Made by a program: the position numbers and the translations under genes | Source: Candidatus Bilamarchaeum dharawalense | GTDB lineage: Archaea; Micrarchaeota; Micrarchaeia; Anstonellales; Bilamarchaeaceae | Length of the DNA: 64,000 nucleotides | Assembly: GCA_902386555.1 (NCBI GenBank) | Contig: CABMJJ010000009.1 | Coordinates: 245,525-309,524, forward strand | Direction of reading: 5' to 3' | In this document: positions 1 through 9,921 of the stretch, piece after piece | Position numbering within the stretch: position 1 is the stretch's first letter | Layout: each line of letters begins with the position of its first letter | Notes under the pieces: model-generated | What the model was told of the DNA's origin: nothing | Databases searched by the model: none | The model's input: the letters and a program-made list of their open reading frames with translations, nothing else

Positions 1-9
1 TACAATAGC

Positions 10-735
10 TTGGATATGAGCGGGAAAAAGACATTTGAAAAATTAAAAAAACAGATCAAGACTTTTTCGCCTTTGGTAACAAGCTGGAACAGTGCCAAAG
101 AGCTTTTTAATCCAAAAACGATCGACAAAACATTAACCGAAATTGTCGGACTGGCAAACCTGAGGCTGGCAGTGACTATTTTTATAATCGCAGCTTTTCT
201 TTCAACCCTGCTTTCTATTCTGGCATTGATTGAATCGGCACAGCTGGTGAATTTCACTTCTGAGACGATAACCGAAGCACTTGGAGTGGAAGGACAGAAG
301 GTTGGTTTCGCAGAAACCGCACCATTGGCCCTATTTCAATTGATAACAGGACTGCCTCTGGCATTGATTGTTAATATGGTAGGGGAATGGATCGGCTATA
401 GACTAGCAAAAATAAGTGGGGGCAAAGGAACCTTTGAAAAACAATTTTATTTGGCATCCGTAATAACACTTTCACTGGCAATGGTTAATGTGTTAGCTCT
501 TTTAACACCAATTCCATGTGTTCAAGTAATCGCCTGGATGGGAATCGTAATCGGAATGATCTATCTCGGAGCGTATGTGATGTGCAAAGCCTATTCAATG
601 GTACACGAAATAAGTTTTGTTCACTCGCTTGCCATTGTGCTGATGGTTTCGATTATGCGAGCTGCAGTAATAATATTTGTGATGAACTTGATTTCTGCCT
701 GGCTTAATTTGCCGGCATATTTTGAGCTTCAATAA
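10..735 (+). CDS. Yip1-like multi-pass membrane protein
   Basis: About 5 hydrophobic segments and GGKGTFEKQFY resembling the Yip1 GGxGxF motif; the start may be the ATG at 16. Confidence 0.55.
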   Translation: MDMSGKKTFEKLKKQIKTFSPLVTSWNSAKELFNPKTIDKTLTEIVGLANLRLAVTIFIIAAFLSTLLSILALIESAQLVNFTSETITEALGVEGQKVGFAETAPLALFQLITGLPLALIVNMVGEWIGYRLAKISGGKGTFEKQFYLASVITLSLAMVNVLALLTPIPCVQVIAWMGIVIGMIYLGAYVMCKAYSMVHEISFVHSLAIVLMVSIMRAAVIIFVMNLISAWLNLPAYFELQ

Positions 736-747
736 TGGGGGGAGAAA

Positions 748-1707
748 ATGGTATTTAATCCGAAAAAATTCATCGTTGAGTCGCAGGATGACATTAAGAA
801 AAAAATTGGAAAAGAACATGCAATAACTGCACTTTCAGGTGGAGTTGATTCTTTTGTTGCTGCCACACTTGCTTCAAAGGCATTACCAGGCCAAATCCAT
901 GCGTTTTATGTGGACAATGGACTTATGAGAAAGGATGAAACTGAAAAGGTTTCAAAAGTAGCCAAATCCCTGGGTGTGGAACTAACAGTTATTGATGCAA
1001 AAAAACGATTTTTGGATGCGTTGAAAGGAGCCAGCGATCCTGAAACCAAACGTAAAATAATCGGTGAAACCTTTGTACGAATTTTCGAGGAAGAAGCAAG
1101 GAAAAAGAAAAACGTTTCGTTCCTTATCCAGGGAACCATCGCACCAGATTGGATCGAAAGCGGAGGCATGGGAAGAGACACCATAAAAAGTCATCATAAT
1201 GTAGGAGGACTTCCTGAAAAAATGCATTTGAAACTTTGCGAACCATTGCGCGAACTTTACAAACACGAGGTTAGAATTGTAGGTAAAGAATTAGGTTTGC
1301 CGGAGATTGTCCACCAACGCCAACCATTCCCAGGACCAGGTCTTGCAGTTCGAATTGTTGGTGAGATAACAGAAGAAAAAGTGAAGATAGTTCAGGATGC
1401 GTGTGATATTGTTGAAACAGAATTGGACAATGCGGTTGCGGCTAAAAAAATGGAACGACCATGGCAATATTTTGCAGCACTTCTGCCTTCAAAAACAGTT
1501 GGAGTGAGGGGCGATGAAAGAGCATACCAGTATACTGTTATCGTGAGGGCAGTCCGAAGTTTGGATGGTATGACTGCCAACTTTTCACATATTCCCATGG
1601 ATGTTCTAGAAAGAATTTCAACCAGGATTACCAATGAGATTAGATCAGTTGGCCGGGTGGCCTATGACATTACAAATAAACCTCCAGGAACAATAGAAAT
1701 GGAATAA
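748..1707 (+). CDS. guaAB: GMP synthase (glutamine-hydrolysing) subunit B, ATP pyrophosphatase
   Basis: ALSGGVDS PP-loop, IKSHHNVGGLP, RQPFPGPGLAVR, C-terminal YDITNKPPGTIE; no GATase domain (archaeal split form). Confidence 0.95.
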   Translation: MVFNPKKFIVESQDDIKKKIGKEHAITALSGGVDSFVAATLASKALPGQIHAFYVDNGLMRKDETEKVSKVAKSLGVELTVIDAKKRFLDALKGASDPETKRKIIGETFVRIFEEEARKKKNVSFLIQGTIAPDWIESGGMGRDTIKSHHNVGGLPEKMHLKLCEPLRELYKHEVRIVGKELGLPEIVHQRQPFPGPGLAVRIVGEITEEKVKIVQDACDIVETELDNAVAAKKMERPWQYFAALLPSKTVGVRGDERAYQYTVIVRAVRSLDGMTANFSHIPMDVLERISTRITNEIRSVGRVAYDITNKPPGTIEME

Positions 1708-1974
1708 TTAGACTTTTTCCACAAGGGCAGCAAAACGACGATCAAGTGGATTGCCTTCATTAAAAAGTTTTTGAGCACGATCAGCAACAGCCACAGAACG
1801 ATCAGCCTTTGGAACAGTGGAATAGGTAGCTTCCGAGGGAACACGAAAGTTCCCACCGGCTCGAGAAAGAGTGGTTAGTTCGTCATATTCCCTTCGTTCG
1901 GTTCTACTGGCTATGGGAAGTTCTGACAGATTAGGCGGTTTGGCCTTTTTAACGTCTTGGAGTACTTCAGCCAT
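1708..1974 (-). CDS. small hypothetical protein
   Basis: Fills the gap convergent to guaAB, with an upstream TATA-like TTTTATA; no recognisable motif. Confidence 0.5.
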   Translation of the reverse strand: MAEVLQDVKKAKPPNLSELPIASRTERREYDELTTLSRAGGNFRVPSEATYSTVPKADRSVAVADRAQKLFNEGNPLDRRFAALVEKV

Positions 1975-2049
1975 ATTCCCACATTTTTACATTATTTGTA
2001 ATAAGACATTGTATAAAACCCTTTAAAAGGTTACCTTCAAAGGGATATT

Positions 2050-2559
2050 ATGGCAGGATTCGACGAAGCACGAAATCTACTTACTCAGCAGAGATACAAA
2101 GAGGCTGCCAGCGTACTGGACAGGGTAATATCAGAGAATAAAAACAAAGATGAGTTTTGGTATCTTCGTGGAGTAGTATCGCTTAAGCTAAGAAATTACG
2201 ATGTTGCACAGGAATGTTTTGAAAGAGCATTGCTACTTGACAGAAAATCAAAATATTACCAGATAAAAGGAATGGCCCATTTTGAACTTTTCGAAATAGA
2301 AGATGCAGTTGAAGCATTCCTAAATGCTTTGGCACTGGAACCAAACAATGCAGCAACCAATTTCTTCCTATCCATATGTTACCTGTTCTTGGATGATCCC
2401 CGATCAGATTTTTACATTAGAAAGGCACACAATGTGGACTCAAAAAAGACAAAACAACTTTTGCTGAATTTTTACACCTTCTTTTTGAAAAATGATCCAC
2501 GCATGAGCCCAGCAATGAAAGCGAAGGTAGAGGCAAAGCTTCATGATATGCGAAGTTAG
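2050..2559 (+). CDS. tetratricopeptide repeat protein
   Basis: TPR-like WYLRGVVSLKLRNYDVAQECFERAL and KGMAHFEL...AVEAFLNALALEPNN. Confidence 0.85.
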   Translation: MAGFDEARNLLTQQRYKEAASVLDRVISENKNKDEFWYLRGVVSLKLRNYDVAQECFERALLLDRKSKYYQIKGMAHFELFEIEDAVEAFLNALALEPNNAATNFFLSICYLFLDDPRSDFYIRKAHNVDSKKTKQLLLNFYTFFLKNDPRMSPAMKAKVEAKLHDMRS

Positions 2560-2594
2560 AAAAGAATAAGAAAGTTGCAGCTCCTACATTGGAT

Positions 2595-3044
2595 ATGAAA
2601 TTCTATACCATTCTTGGAATTTTGGTTTTACTAGTTTGTTTTGGTTGTATCCAGCCAAAAAGCACAACCATTCCTTCAGATTTGGAAATCACCCATAGTT
2701 TTGGTGCATGCCATGCTGACTGGGGTACAACGACAATTACCATAGATGCTCAGGGAGATGGGGTCTATGAAAGTACCAGAGACGGTCAGGTGGAATTTAG
2801 AAAAACATTCAAATTAAATGAAGAGGAATTACTCGGATTGCTTAACAAGATAGAAGAAAGTGGGTTCTATTCACTTAATGATTTTTATAACGACCCAGGT
2901 GTAATGGATGGATCCTGTGAATCCGTATTTGTTACAAAAAACAGTTCAACAAAAAGCGTGGCTGTTTCCAATACTCCGGCACCAAAGGCCTACACAACAG
3001 CCGCCGATGCCATAGTTGCAATTGCCGAAGACAAGACAAAATAG
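2595..3044 (+). CDS. secreted, probably lipid-anchored protein
   Basis: MKFYTILGILVLLVCFGC signal with lipobox-like FGC, followed by a small extracellular domain. Confidence 0.65.
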   Translation: MKFYTILGILVLLVCFGCIQPKSTTIPSDLEITHSFGACHADWGTTTITIDAQGDGVYESTRDGQVEFRKTFKLNEEELLGLLNKIEESGFYSLNDFYNDPGVMDGSCESVFVTKNSSTKSVAVSNTPAPKAYTTAADAIVAIAEDKTK

Positions 3045-3072
3045 TTATAATCCTATGATGTATTAGCCTACC

Positions 3073-5430
3073 ATGAAACTAATTCTTGTTCTTTTTGTAA
3101 TTTTTGTTTGGCTATCTCTTTCCTATGCTGAAGTGCCTGAACACGAACCAAGTTGGGATAGTAATTGTGGCGAAGGATTCCAATGGAGCAGAGGAACTGC
3201 AAGTTGTAAGCAGGCTGATTGCCCGTCTGGAGCTGGTAGAACTTATACCTATGAATGTAACTGTGGAGAAGCATGGGACAAACCTTTCAGAACATGCTAT
3301 GATCCAAAGAGACCTGGTTATGTCATAGCTTGTGTGGCAGCAGGAGCCAAATGCCCTGGAGAAGAGATCAACACCCCACCATCTGCAGAAAGTTGTGATT
3401 ATGATTCTGACTGCCCAACAGGATATGTTTGTAATCCCACAACCAATAGATGCGAACAGCTAGGACCAAGCGGGTGCACATCAGATTATAATTGCCAAAG
3501 TGGGTACAGGTGCAAACTATCCAGCCATCAATGTGAAAAAATACCTGAGGATCAAACCTGTAACGAAGTCTCCTGCGCGTTATCAGGTGGAACATGTGAA
3601 AATGGTAAATGCATAGACAAATGTAAGGACGTAACCTGCAACCCAAAATGTGATGGAGGAGAATTCAGAACAAGTGGAAGTTGTAGAAGTGGGAACTGCA
3701 TATATGGAGTTAATGTTCCCTGTAAAGCAGGTTGCTCAAAATTCCCTAGTCGTTGTAAAATAATTGTGGGGAAATTAAATTTCCTTGATATTGATAACAC
3801 CCTTAAACCCATAAAAAATGCAAAAATCGAAACAACCTGGTATGATTTATCAATGGCAGTTAAGGCCAGTTTACCTACTCGCTATTCAAAAGAGGACGGA
3901 ACCATTGAGTATACGGAAAACGAATTGGAGATGTTTCAAAACGGCACATTGGAAGTAAAGGTAATTTTTGAAGATCAATTCGATAGGATACAGGTTGTGG
4001 ATGGGAGTGGATTGACAAACACATCAACTGATGCACAACGCACTGCAGCTCCGGTAGCACATGCAACATACAGACTTGATCTTAATATGCCAACAAGCCA
4101 TACTGACCTTAATCTTACTCTTACCAGAACGAATCCAAATGCCGTCTATGCAAAAATTTATTTTTATTCACTTCAGGCAGCAGATTTCATGAAAAACGAT
4201 CTTAAACTGGTGATGAAACATCCACCTGAACGGGTATATGCAAATGACCAAAGCGCGAATGGCGCTTTCCACAATGGCGGATGTGCGAATGGTATAGCAG
4301 ATAGAGGGGTTTCCATCGATCCAGTGGCCAGTTCTTTCGATGATCCTGCAGCCCCAACAAACCGCGAATGGCATGAATTTGGGCACCATATAATGTATGA
4401 AGTCTATGGCTATCATCTTTGTGGAAGGACAAAAAACCATGGCGGATATTGGAATCCTGATTCAGTTGATTCCTACACTGAAGGATTTGCAGAATTCATG
4501 TCCATGATGATGTTGGATTACCATAACTATCCAAAAAAGAATCTTTACTTTGTAGGGGCCACGCCCTATGACATGGAAGTGAATTACAAGGTCAATTCCA
4601 GGGTAGGTCGTATGGAACTTGAAGAAACAGCACTTGCCTCTATTTATTATGACCTGTTGGACGGAGGACCAAATGACGACGATGGCATACAACTAAGCCG
4701 GGAGCAGATTTGGAATCTTATTTCCACAAAACATAATTTGGATGGCAATATGAAGTATATCGAAAGTATATGGGACGCGTATAGAGTGCTGAATGCAAGC
4801 AATCTTCCTGGTCTGCATGATGACTTTTTGTCTGGCTATCTAAACCCAGCATTTCATGTAAGCAAACTAGATCGTATTTTCATAACCCACGGGGTATATG
4901 CAGATCGAAATTACAACAGTATATGGGAACCTGGTGAAGATGTTGGATTTACCATATTTGCAGGAAGAGCAAGAGCAGATGCACCTGAGAATGAACAGTA
5001 TAACAAACCAGTGGTAGATGGAAGTTACATAAAAATAAATGCGAAAAACGAGGTAACAGGAGATCTTGTGGACCATTACCCGATCCATGTGGTGGAAACC
5101 ATAACTGGAACAGAAGAAGGGATTCCAGTATCCTACAGTCTTGAATTTGATACCGTACCAGATGAAAAGGGAGAGATAAACATAAACATGCCACCAGAAG
5201 ATTACAATACAACCATGAAATTTTCATTTGGCGGGGATGATAACTTTGAAAAAACAGATGGATTCGAACTTACCAGCACAGAATTTTTCCAAAAACTAAA
5301 TCCTGATGTGCATACATTTAACAGCTATACAGTCCAACTGAAACCAAAAATAAAAATAGGTGAAATTAGCTGTTGTACTTCTGGGTTTGTTGTACTTCTG
5401 TTGGGAGGGGCATTGATCATAAAAAATTAG
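3073..5430 (+). CDS. secreted Cys-repeat zinc metalloprotease (gluzincin-like) with C-terminal membrane anchor
   Basis: Signal peptide; CxxDxDCxxGYxC repeats; WHEFGHH plus downstream EGFAEF; terminal CCTSGFVVLLLGGALIIKN. Confidence 0.75.
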   Translation: MKLILVLFVIFVWLSLSYAEVPEHEPSWDSNCGEGFQWSRGTASCKQADCPSGAGRTYTYECNCGEAWDKPFRTCYDPKRPGYVIACVAAGAKCPGEEINTPPSAESCDYDSDCPTGYVCNPTTNRCEQLGPSGCTSDYNCQSGYRCKLSSHQCEKIPEDQTCNEVSCALSGGTCENGKCIDKCKDVTCNPKCDGGEFRTSGSCRSGNCIYGVNVPCKAGCSKFPSRCKIIVGKLNFLDIDNTLKPIKNAKIETTWYDLSMAVKASLPTRYSKEDGTIEYTENELEMFQNGTLEVKVIFEDQFDRIQVVDGSGLTNTSTDAQRTAAPVAHATYRLDLNMPTSHTDLNLTLTRTNPNAVYAKIYFYSLQAADFMKNDLKLVMKHPPERVYANDQSANGAFHNGGCANGIADRGVSIDPVASSFDDPAAPTNREWHEFGHHIMYEVYGYHLCGRTKNHGGYWNPDSVDSYTEGFAEFMSMMMLDYHNYPKKNLYFVGATPYDMEVNYKVNSRVGRMELEETALASIYYDLLDGGPNDDDGIQLSREQIWNLISTKHNLDGNMKYIESIWDAYRVLNASNLPGLHDDFLSGYLNPAFHVSKLDRIFITHGVYADRNYNSIWEPGEDVGFTIFAGRARADAPENEQYNKPVVDGSYIKINAKNEVTGDLVDHYPIHVVETITGTEEGIPVSYSLEFDTVPDEKGEININMPPEDYNTTMKFSFGGDDNFEKTDGFELTSTEFFQKLNPDVHTFNSYTVQLKPKIKIGEISCCTSGFVVLLLGGALIIKN

Positions 5431-6323
5431 CCGTCTAATTTTTTCTTCATTTCATCCAGCCACACTCGCTCTTTCAATGAGTGAGGGGTAATCTCCTGAG
5501 CGAACTTTTCTGCACCCCCGGATTTTTCACGAGACAGCCAGTTCTTTTTTTGCTTAATTTTTTTTAGGTATTCTGGATTGGCCAGTAGAATTTGTCTTAA
5601 AATTCTCTCGTAGCGATTTTTCTTTCTTGAAACTTCTTCAAGTTTTCTTTGGGCTGCGGTTTCTGCTATGGTACCCTTACCCGTAACTCTCACCAGTTGG
5701 GCTTTGGCAACAGATTCCTCATAGCGAAATTGATTTATTTTAGCCATGAATTTGGCAATTGGAATTTTAATCAAAGAATCAGAAATAAGCAGCAGCCAGC
5801 CTTCCTTAAGAACAACTTTTTCTGCATGTTTTATTGCTTCCAGTGCATCGGCTTTTATCATATCCTGATTGATAAAACCTCGTAGAACAGGATATTTGAC
5901 TGTCATAGAACGGGAATTGACCTTACCAACCCAGCCACGCAAGGATTCTCTTGCATCTTTGATTTGATTACGCCATTCCATAAGCTGGTCAAGTTTAAGT
6001 GACGCTTCCTGTGGTGGAACGGATTTGAAATCCAGAAGCCATATTTTCTTGGAAACAACCTTACCAACATCCTCATCTTCTACTATAACTTGGAGAAGTT
6101 CTGGAAAATATTTATGCAAGGCCCGAAATTCTTCCAAATTTAGAAGGAGTTGGTCTATCACTTCCCCTCTTTTTTTACCTATTTCCCTCCAGGTGGATGA
6201 CATTTCTTTCTTTAGATCACCATCGTAAACATTGTGAAACTGACGTTCCAGTTTGCGTATTTTGGCTTTCTTTTCATGGAGAAAAACAGCAGCCTCTTCA
6301 AGATATTCAATAAGCAGCATCAT
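5427..6323 (-). CDS. hypothetical helical/coiled-coil protein
   Basis: Long Lys/Glu-rich ORF, translationally coupled to nfo by a 4-nt overlap. Confidence 0.7.
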   Translation of the reverse strand: MMLLIEYLEEAAVFLHEKKAKIRKLERQFHNVYDGDLKKEMSSTWREIGKKRGEVIDQLLLNLEEFRALHKYFPELLQVIVEDEDVGKVVSKKIWLLDFKSVPPQEASLKLDQLMEWRNQIKDARESLRGWVGKVNSRSMTVKYPVLRGFINQDMIKADALEAIKHAEKVVLKEGWLLLISDSLIKIPIAKFMAKINQFRYEESVAKAQLVRVTGKGTIAETAAQRKLEEVSRKKNRYERILRQILLANPEYLKKIKQKKNWLSREKSGGAEKFAQEITPHSLKERVWLDEMKKKLDG

Positions 6324-7159
6324 AATCCCTTCTTCATTTTTTCATATTCTTTTTTCAGCAAGAGGGCATCCAGATCTAATTTTGGTGTCTCACAGATCAC
6401 TGTTCCAGAATAACCATTTTCAGCAAGTACTTTCATAAATGGTTTGAAGGGAGGCTCGTTGTTTGTACCGAGGACAAAATGATTGAGTTCTCCCTTATCA
6501 GAATAATTTATCTCTGAAAAATGGCAGTGGAATCTTTTAACATAGTCACCCAGTTCTTTTTCTAATTTGTCAAAGATAGCAAGGTAATCTTTCTCACTGG
6601 TTATTCTGAAATCCCCCCGGGCATGAAGATGGGCAAAATCAATCGCAGGTTCAACCATTTCCAATTGCTGAGATAATTTAATGTTTTCATCTAACCCACC
6701 GAAAGCACTTTTTTTACCAACCGTCTCAGCACCGAGCCTAATTTTGATGGAGTGTTGCTTAAGTGAGACCTCTATATCCTGTAGGTTTTTCTTTGCAATG
6801 GCAAATGCCTCGTCTTTAGATAATTTCTGATAGAAACCAGGATGAAAAACTGTAATGTTCCCCCCACAAAGAAAGGTGGTTCTTGCTGATTCAAAAATAT
6901 GTTTTTTGGAATTGTGTATTTTTTGTTCATCACTGGTACATAGATTCACATAATAGGGTGCATGGGATGAAAGAGAGATATCCTGTTTTTTAGCCAGGGT
7001 GGCAGCTTCCCTGGCCACATCATCCTTCATTCTAACTCCATGAACAAATTCCATTTCCATGGCACCAAGACCCAGTTTTGAACAGCATTCGATACCTTCG
7101 ATGGTGCTTGTACCCTGGCATTGAATAGGAATACCTGCCGGACCAAAACGAATAGCCAT
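6320..7159 (-). CDS. nfo: endonuclease IV (AP endonuclease 2 family)
   Basis: FGPAG, HAPYYVNL, FHPG, ETVGKKSAFG, IDFAHLHAR, HCHFSEI metal-binding motifs. Confidence 0.9.
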   Translation of the reverse strand: MAIRFGPAGIPIQCQGTSTIEGIECCSKLGLGAMEMEFVHGVRMKDDVAREAATLAKKQDISLSSHAPYYVNLCTSDEQKIHNSKKHIFESARTTFLCGGNITVFHPGFYQKLSKDEAFAIAKKNLQDIEVSLKQHSIKIRLGAETVGKKSAFGGLDENIKLSQQLEMVEPAIDFAHLHARGDFRITSEKDYLAIFDKLEKELGDYVKRFHCHFSEINYSDKGELNHFVLGTNNEPPFKPFMKVLAENGYSGTVICETPKLDLDALLLKKEYEKMKKGL

Positions 7160-7226
7160 GGCTTAGATAAGAAAGTGAAAAGATAAAAAGAAGTTAGAAA
7201 GGATGACAAGGACACCCCAGTCCTTT

Positions 7227-8078
7227 TCATTGACAGAGGTGGGTTTGCTGGTTACATTGTTCTCCTTGTACACAATCAGCCACTGTGTTGCAGTAACCTA
7301 CTTTTGCATTGCAAAAATGGCTGCTATCGCAAACCTGCCAGCTTCCGCAATCTGCATTGGTATTGCAGCGATCGCTATCTGGAACACATCTATGGGTTTG
7401 GCTGCTGCAGAGTTCCCATTCGTTACATTCGTTGTGTGCCAGACAATAGCCTTGTCTTGCAACGCATTTGTTGGTGGTTTTATCGCAGCTAGACCAACCA
7501 GCAGGACAGTCTTCGCTACTTATACAGAATCCAGATTTAGGAAGACAAACGTGGGATTTGACTTCACAGGTCTGCCAACCTACGCAATCACCTTCAACAT
7601 CACATTTACCAGGAAGAAGAATGCATCTTTTTGAGGTAATTTCACATTGTCTCCAGGAGTCACAATCTCGAGTATCAACACAAAAACCAGGTGCTGGACC
7701 GCATTGGTGTTTAGCAGGATTACAGAACTCGGATGGTTGATTACATTGATTATCTGCATCGCAATAGCCTGGTGCTGGTCTGCATCTTAATTCAGAATCG
7801 CAAACCTGCCAGTTCTGACAATCACTGGTTTTTCTACAGTAACCAGATTTGAAAAGACAAAGATGAGTTGTGGTTGCATCACAGGAAGTTAAATTGTCAG
7901 TACAATCTGTATCCACAAAACAATAGCCAGCGCGTAGAGAGCAAACCTTGCCAGATATATTACATGTCTCCCATGCCTGACAGTTGGCATCAGAAGTACA
8001 TGCAGTTGGTCCGCTACTTCCCCCACATCCAGCTAATAAAAAAACAAGAGCCACAAGCCCGATTAATATAAGTCTCAT
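7227..8078 (-). CDS. Cys-rich repeat lipoprotein
   Basis: LLAGC lipobox, then about 10 repeats of G[YF]CxxDxDCxxW[QE]xCxxxx[HN]xC. Confidence 0.8.
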   Translation of the reverse strand: MRLILIGLVALVFLLAGCGGSSGPTACTSDANCQAWETCNISGKVCSLRAGYCFVDTDCTDNLTSCDATTTHLCLFKSGYCRKTSDCQNWQVCDSELRCRPAPGYCDADNQCNQPSEFCNPAKHQCGPAPGFCVDTRDCDSWRQCEITSKRCILLPGKCDVEGDCVGWQTCEVKSHVCLPKSGFCISSEDCPAGWSSCDKTTNKCVARQGYCLAHNECNEWELCSSQTHRCVPDSDRCNTNADCGSWQVCDSSHFCNAKVGYCNTVADCVQGEQCNQQTHLCQ

Positions 8079-8110
8079 GGTGTGTTATTGGATTGATGGT
8101 TTTATATTTC

Positions 8111-8770
8111 TTACTTGAATCTATGAAAAATAGGTAAAAGCCCGCCAATATCTCTTATGGTAAAATCTGCCCTACTTTTAATAGAGGAGTATTTACCTGT
8201 TAAAACACGGATAGTTCGGATACCAACCGATTTGGCAGGCAGAATATCAGCATCTTCTCTATCTCCTATGATTATACATTCTTCTGGCTTGGCTTTCAGT
8301 TTAACGAGAATACGTTTGTAGAACATTTGATCTTTTTCTTTTTCAGTAACAAAGACCCCATCAAAATAAAGCGCCAACCTCAATCGGATCAGCTTATCCC
8401 ACTGTTTGATGGAATTTCCACTTGTTGCAACATAGATTTTGAATCCCGACTCCTTAAGATGCAACAGTGTCAATGGTACTGTGGAGAATGGTTGGATTGC
8501 AGTTTTAGTATCATGATAGGCAGCTATGGCAGCTGCAATAAATCGTTCCGGTTCACTGACTTTTAATTGCCTGCAGAGTTCATTAAAATGTCCCTCATAA
8601 TTGGAACCCTTCTTCTCAATGATTTTAGTTAATCTGGAATTCAACGATTGATAATTTGTATCAAGCCCCATGCTAATCATTGCATTGAGAGCATTTTTTC
8701 TAGCCAGTGTGGAGAATTCAGTTGATGGAAAAAGAGTATCGTCAATATCAAATAAAACGAATTTAAGCAT
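8111..8770 (-). CDS. HAD-superfamily hydrolase
   Basis: FDIDDTL motif I, QWDKL, IGDREDADI motif IV. Confidence 0.9.
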   Translation of the reverse strand: MLKFVLFDIDDTLFPSTEFSTLARKNALNAMISMGLDTNYQSLNSRLTKIIEKKGSNYEGHFNELCRQLKVSEPERFIAAAIAAYHDTKTAIQPFSTVPLTLLHLKESGFKIYVATSGNSIKQWDKLIRLRLALYFDGVFVTEKEKDQMFYKRILVKLKAKPEECIIIGDREDADILPAKSVGIRTIRVLTGKYSSIKSRADFTIRDIGGLLPIFHRFK

Positions 8771-8801
8771 AATATAGAATTAGAGAAATAAAAATAAAGA
8801 G

Positions 8802-9812
8802 TTATCTTTCTCTTTCAACTGGGATAGTCACTGGACTCAAGGTCACCGTGCATCTGCCAGAATCAACCTGGACCAACCCTTTTTGAGCCATTGTAAGTAC
8901 GTCAGTTTGGCCATCCTGTTTTGTACAGCCACCATTGCCACATTCAACGGTTCCGCTTTTGATTTTTGGATTGCCTGAATCATCAACATCAATGGATACT
9001 GAAACTTCGATTAATTGTCTTTCAGCACCCAATGCTGCTCGGATTGATCGTACTCTTTGGAATATTGCTTTTTTCATTGATTGGTAAAGACTGTCTGCAA
9101 CTTCTTCAGAACATTCTGGAACTTTAACTCTCATGACTTTTGGACAGTCAGCTTCACAGTAGTTTGGTGCTCTTTTGTTGCATGATTCGTTTACTGTTAC
9201 TGAAGCGTATTCGTAGGAAGTTGTCCCGTCTGGTCTTGTTACTGGAACTAAAACACCAGTCTCAACGTTTCGGTCAACCTTACCATTTCCGCAGTGAGTA
9301 TCAGCCAAACAAACTTCTGGTTGGGCAGTTTTTGGAGTAACATCAACTTCGCCAGATAATCTTGCTTTATCAAATGGAGTATCAACACTTGGGATTTCTA
9401 AAGCGCCAACTTTACCATCACCACAGCGGCCACAGCTTGCTTCATCATAATTTGGTGATCGGTGATCCCCTTCTCCCTTATCCAATTCACATTTCTTATC
9501 TCCTTTTACTGGAGGAGGTGCGCAATCAAGGCAGCCTTCTTTTGGAACTGCAACTGGATAGAATTCAACATCATATTGAACGATTACTTCTTTTTCATGA
9601 ATAGTAACACATTGCCTTGCTTCTGCTTTTTCTACTGCAACTATTGGTGCTGGAGTAGTGGCTAATTGAACCGGACTTTCAGTCATTGGACCACCACAGG
9701 TCTTAAGAAAAATAAGGGCTGCGGCTACGGCTGCAGTACCACCTACAGTGGCATAGCTTTTCCATCCTACTTTTCTTGATTCCGACTCAGATGAACGAGA
9801 TACTCTAGTCAT
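8802..9812 (-). CDS. membrane-anchored Cys-containing hypothetical protein
   Basis: SD GGTGA before ATG 9812; N-terminal TM segment; CGDG and CGNG motifs. Confidence 0.7.
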   Translation of the reverse strand: MTRVSRSSESESRKVGWKSYATVGGTAAVAAALIFLKTCGGPMTESPVQLATTPAPIVAVEKAEARQCVTIHEKEVIVQYDVEFYPVAVPKEGCLDCAPPPVKGDKKCELDKGEGDHRSPNYDEASCGRCGDGKVGALEIPSVDTPFDKARLSGEVDVTPKTAQPEVCLADTHCGNGKVDRNVETGVLVPVTRPDGTTSYEYASVTVNESCNKRAPNYCEADCPKVMRVKVPECSEEVADSLYQSMKKAIFQRVRSIRAALGAERQLIEVSVSIDVDDSGNPKIKSGTVECGNGGCTKQDGQTDVLTMAQKGLVQVDSGRCTVTLSPVTIPVERER

Positions 9813-9860
9813 TTTTTCACCTTTATAACCAAAACCCATCTTGGGTAATTGTGTTACAAT

Positions 9861-9889
9861 GTATACTTTAGTGGCAAACTATATTTAAA
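9861..9889 (-). promoter_or_regulatory. TATA box plus conserved CCACTAAAGTATAC box
   Basis: Minus strand TTTAAATA-N7-CCACTAAAGTATAC, same boxes and spacing as at 13706-13734. Confidence 0.7.
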
Positions 9890-9921
9890 CCTATCATTTG
9901 TCAAAAATAAAGAAAAAAACA

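Noticed and set aside
5371-5400. 13-bp direct repeat TGTTGTACTTCTG read in two frames
   Set aside because: Short, single instance, compatible with local slippage; no function evident.
7203-7634. 143-aa plus-strand ORF
   Set aside because: Antisense to the Cys-repeat lipoprotein.
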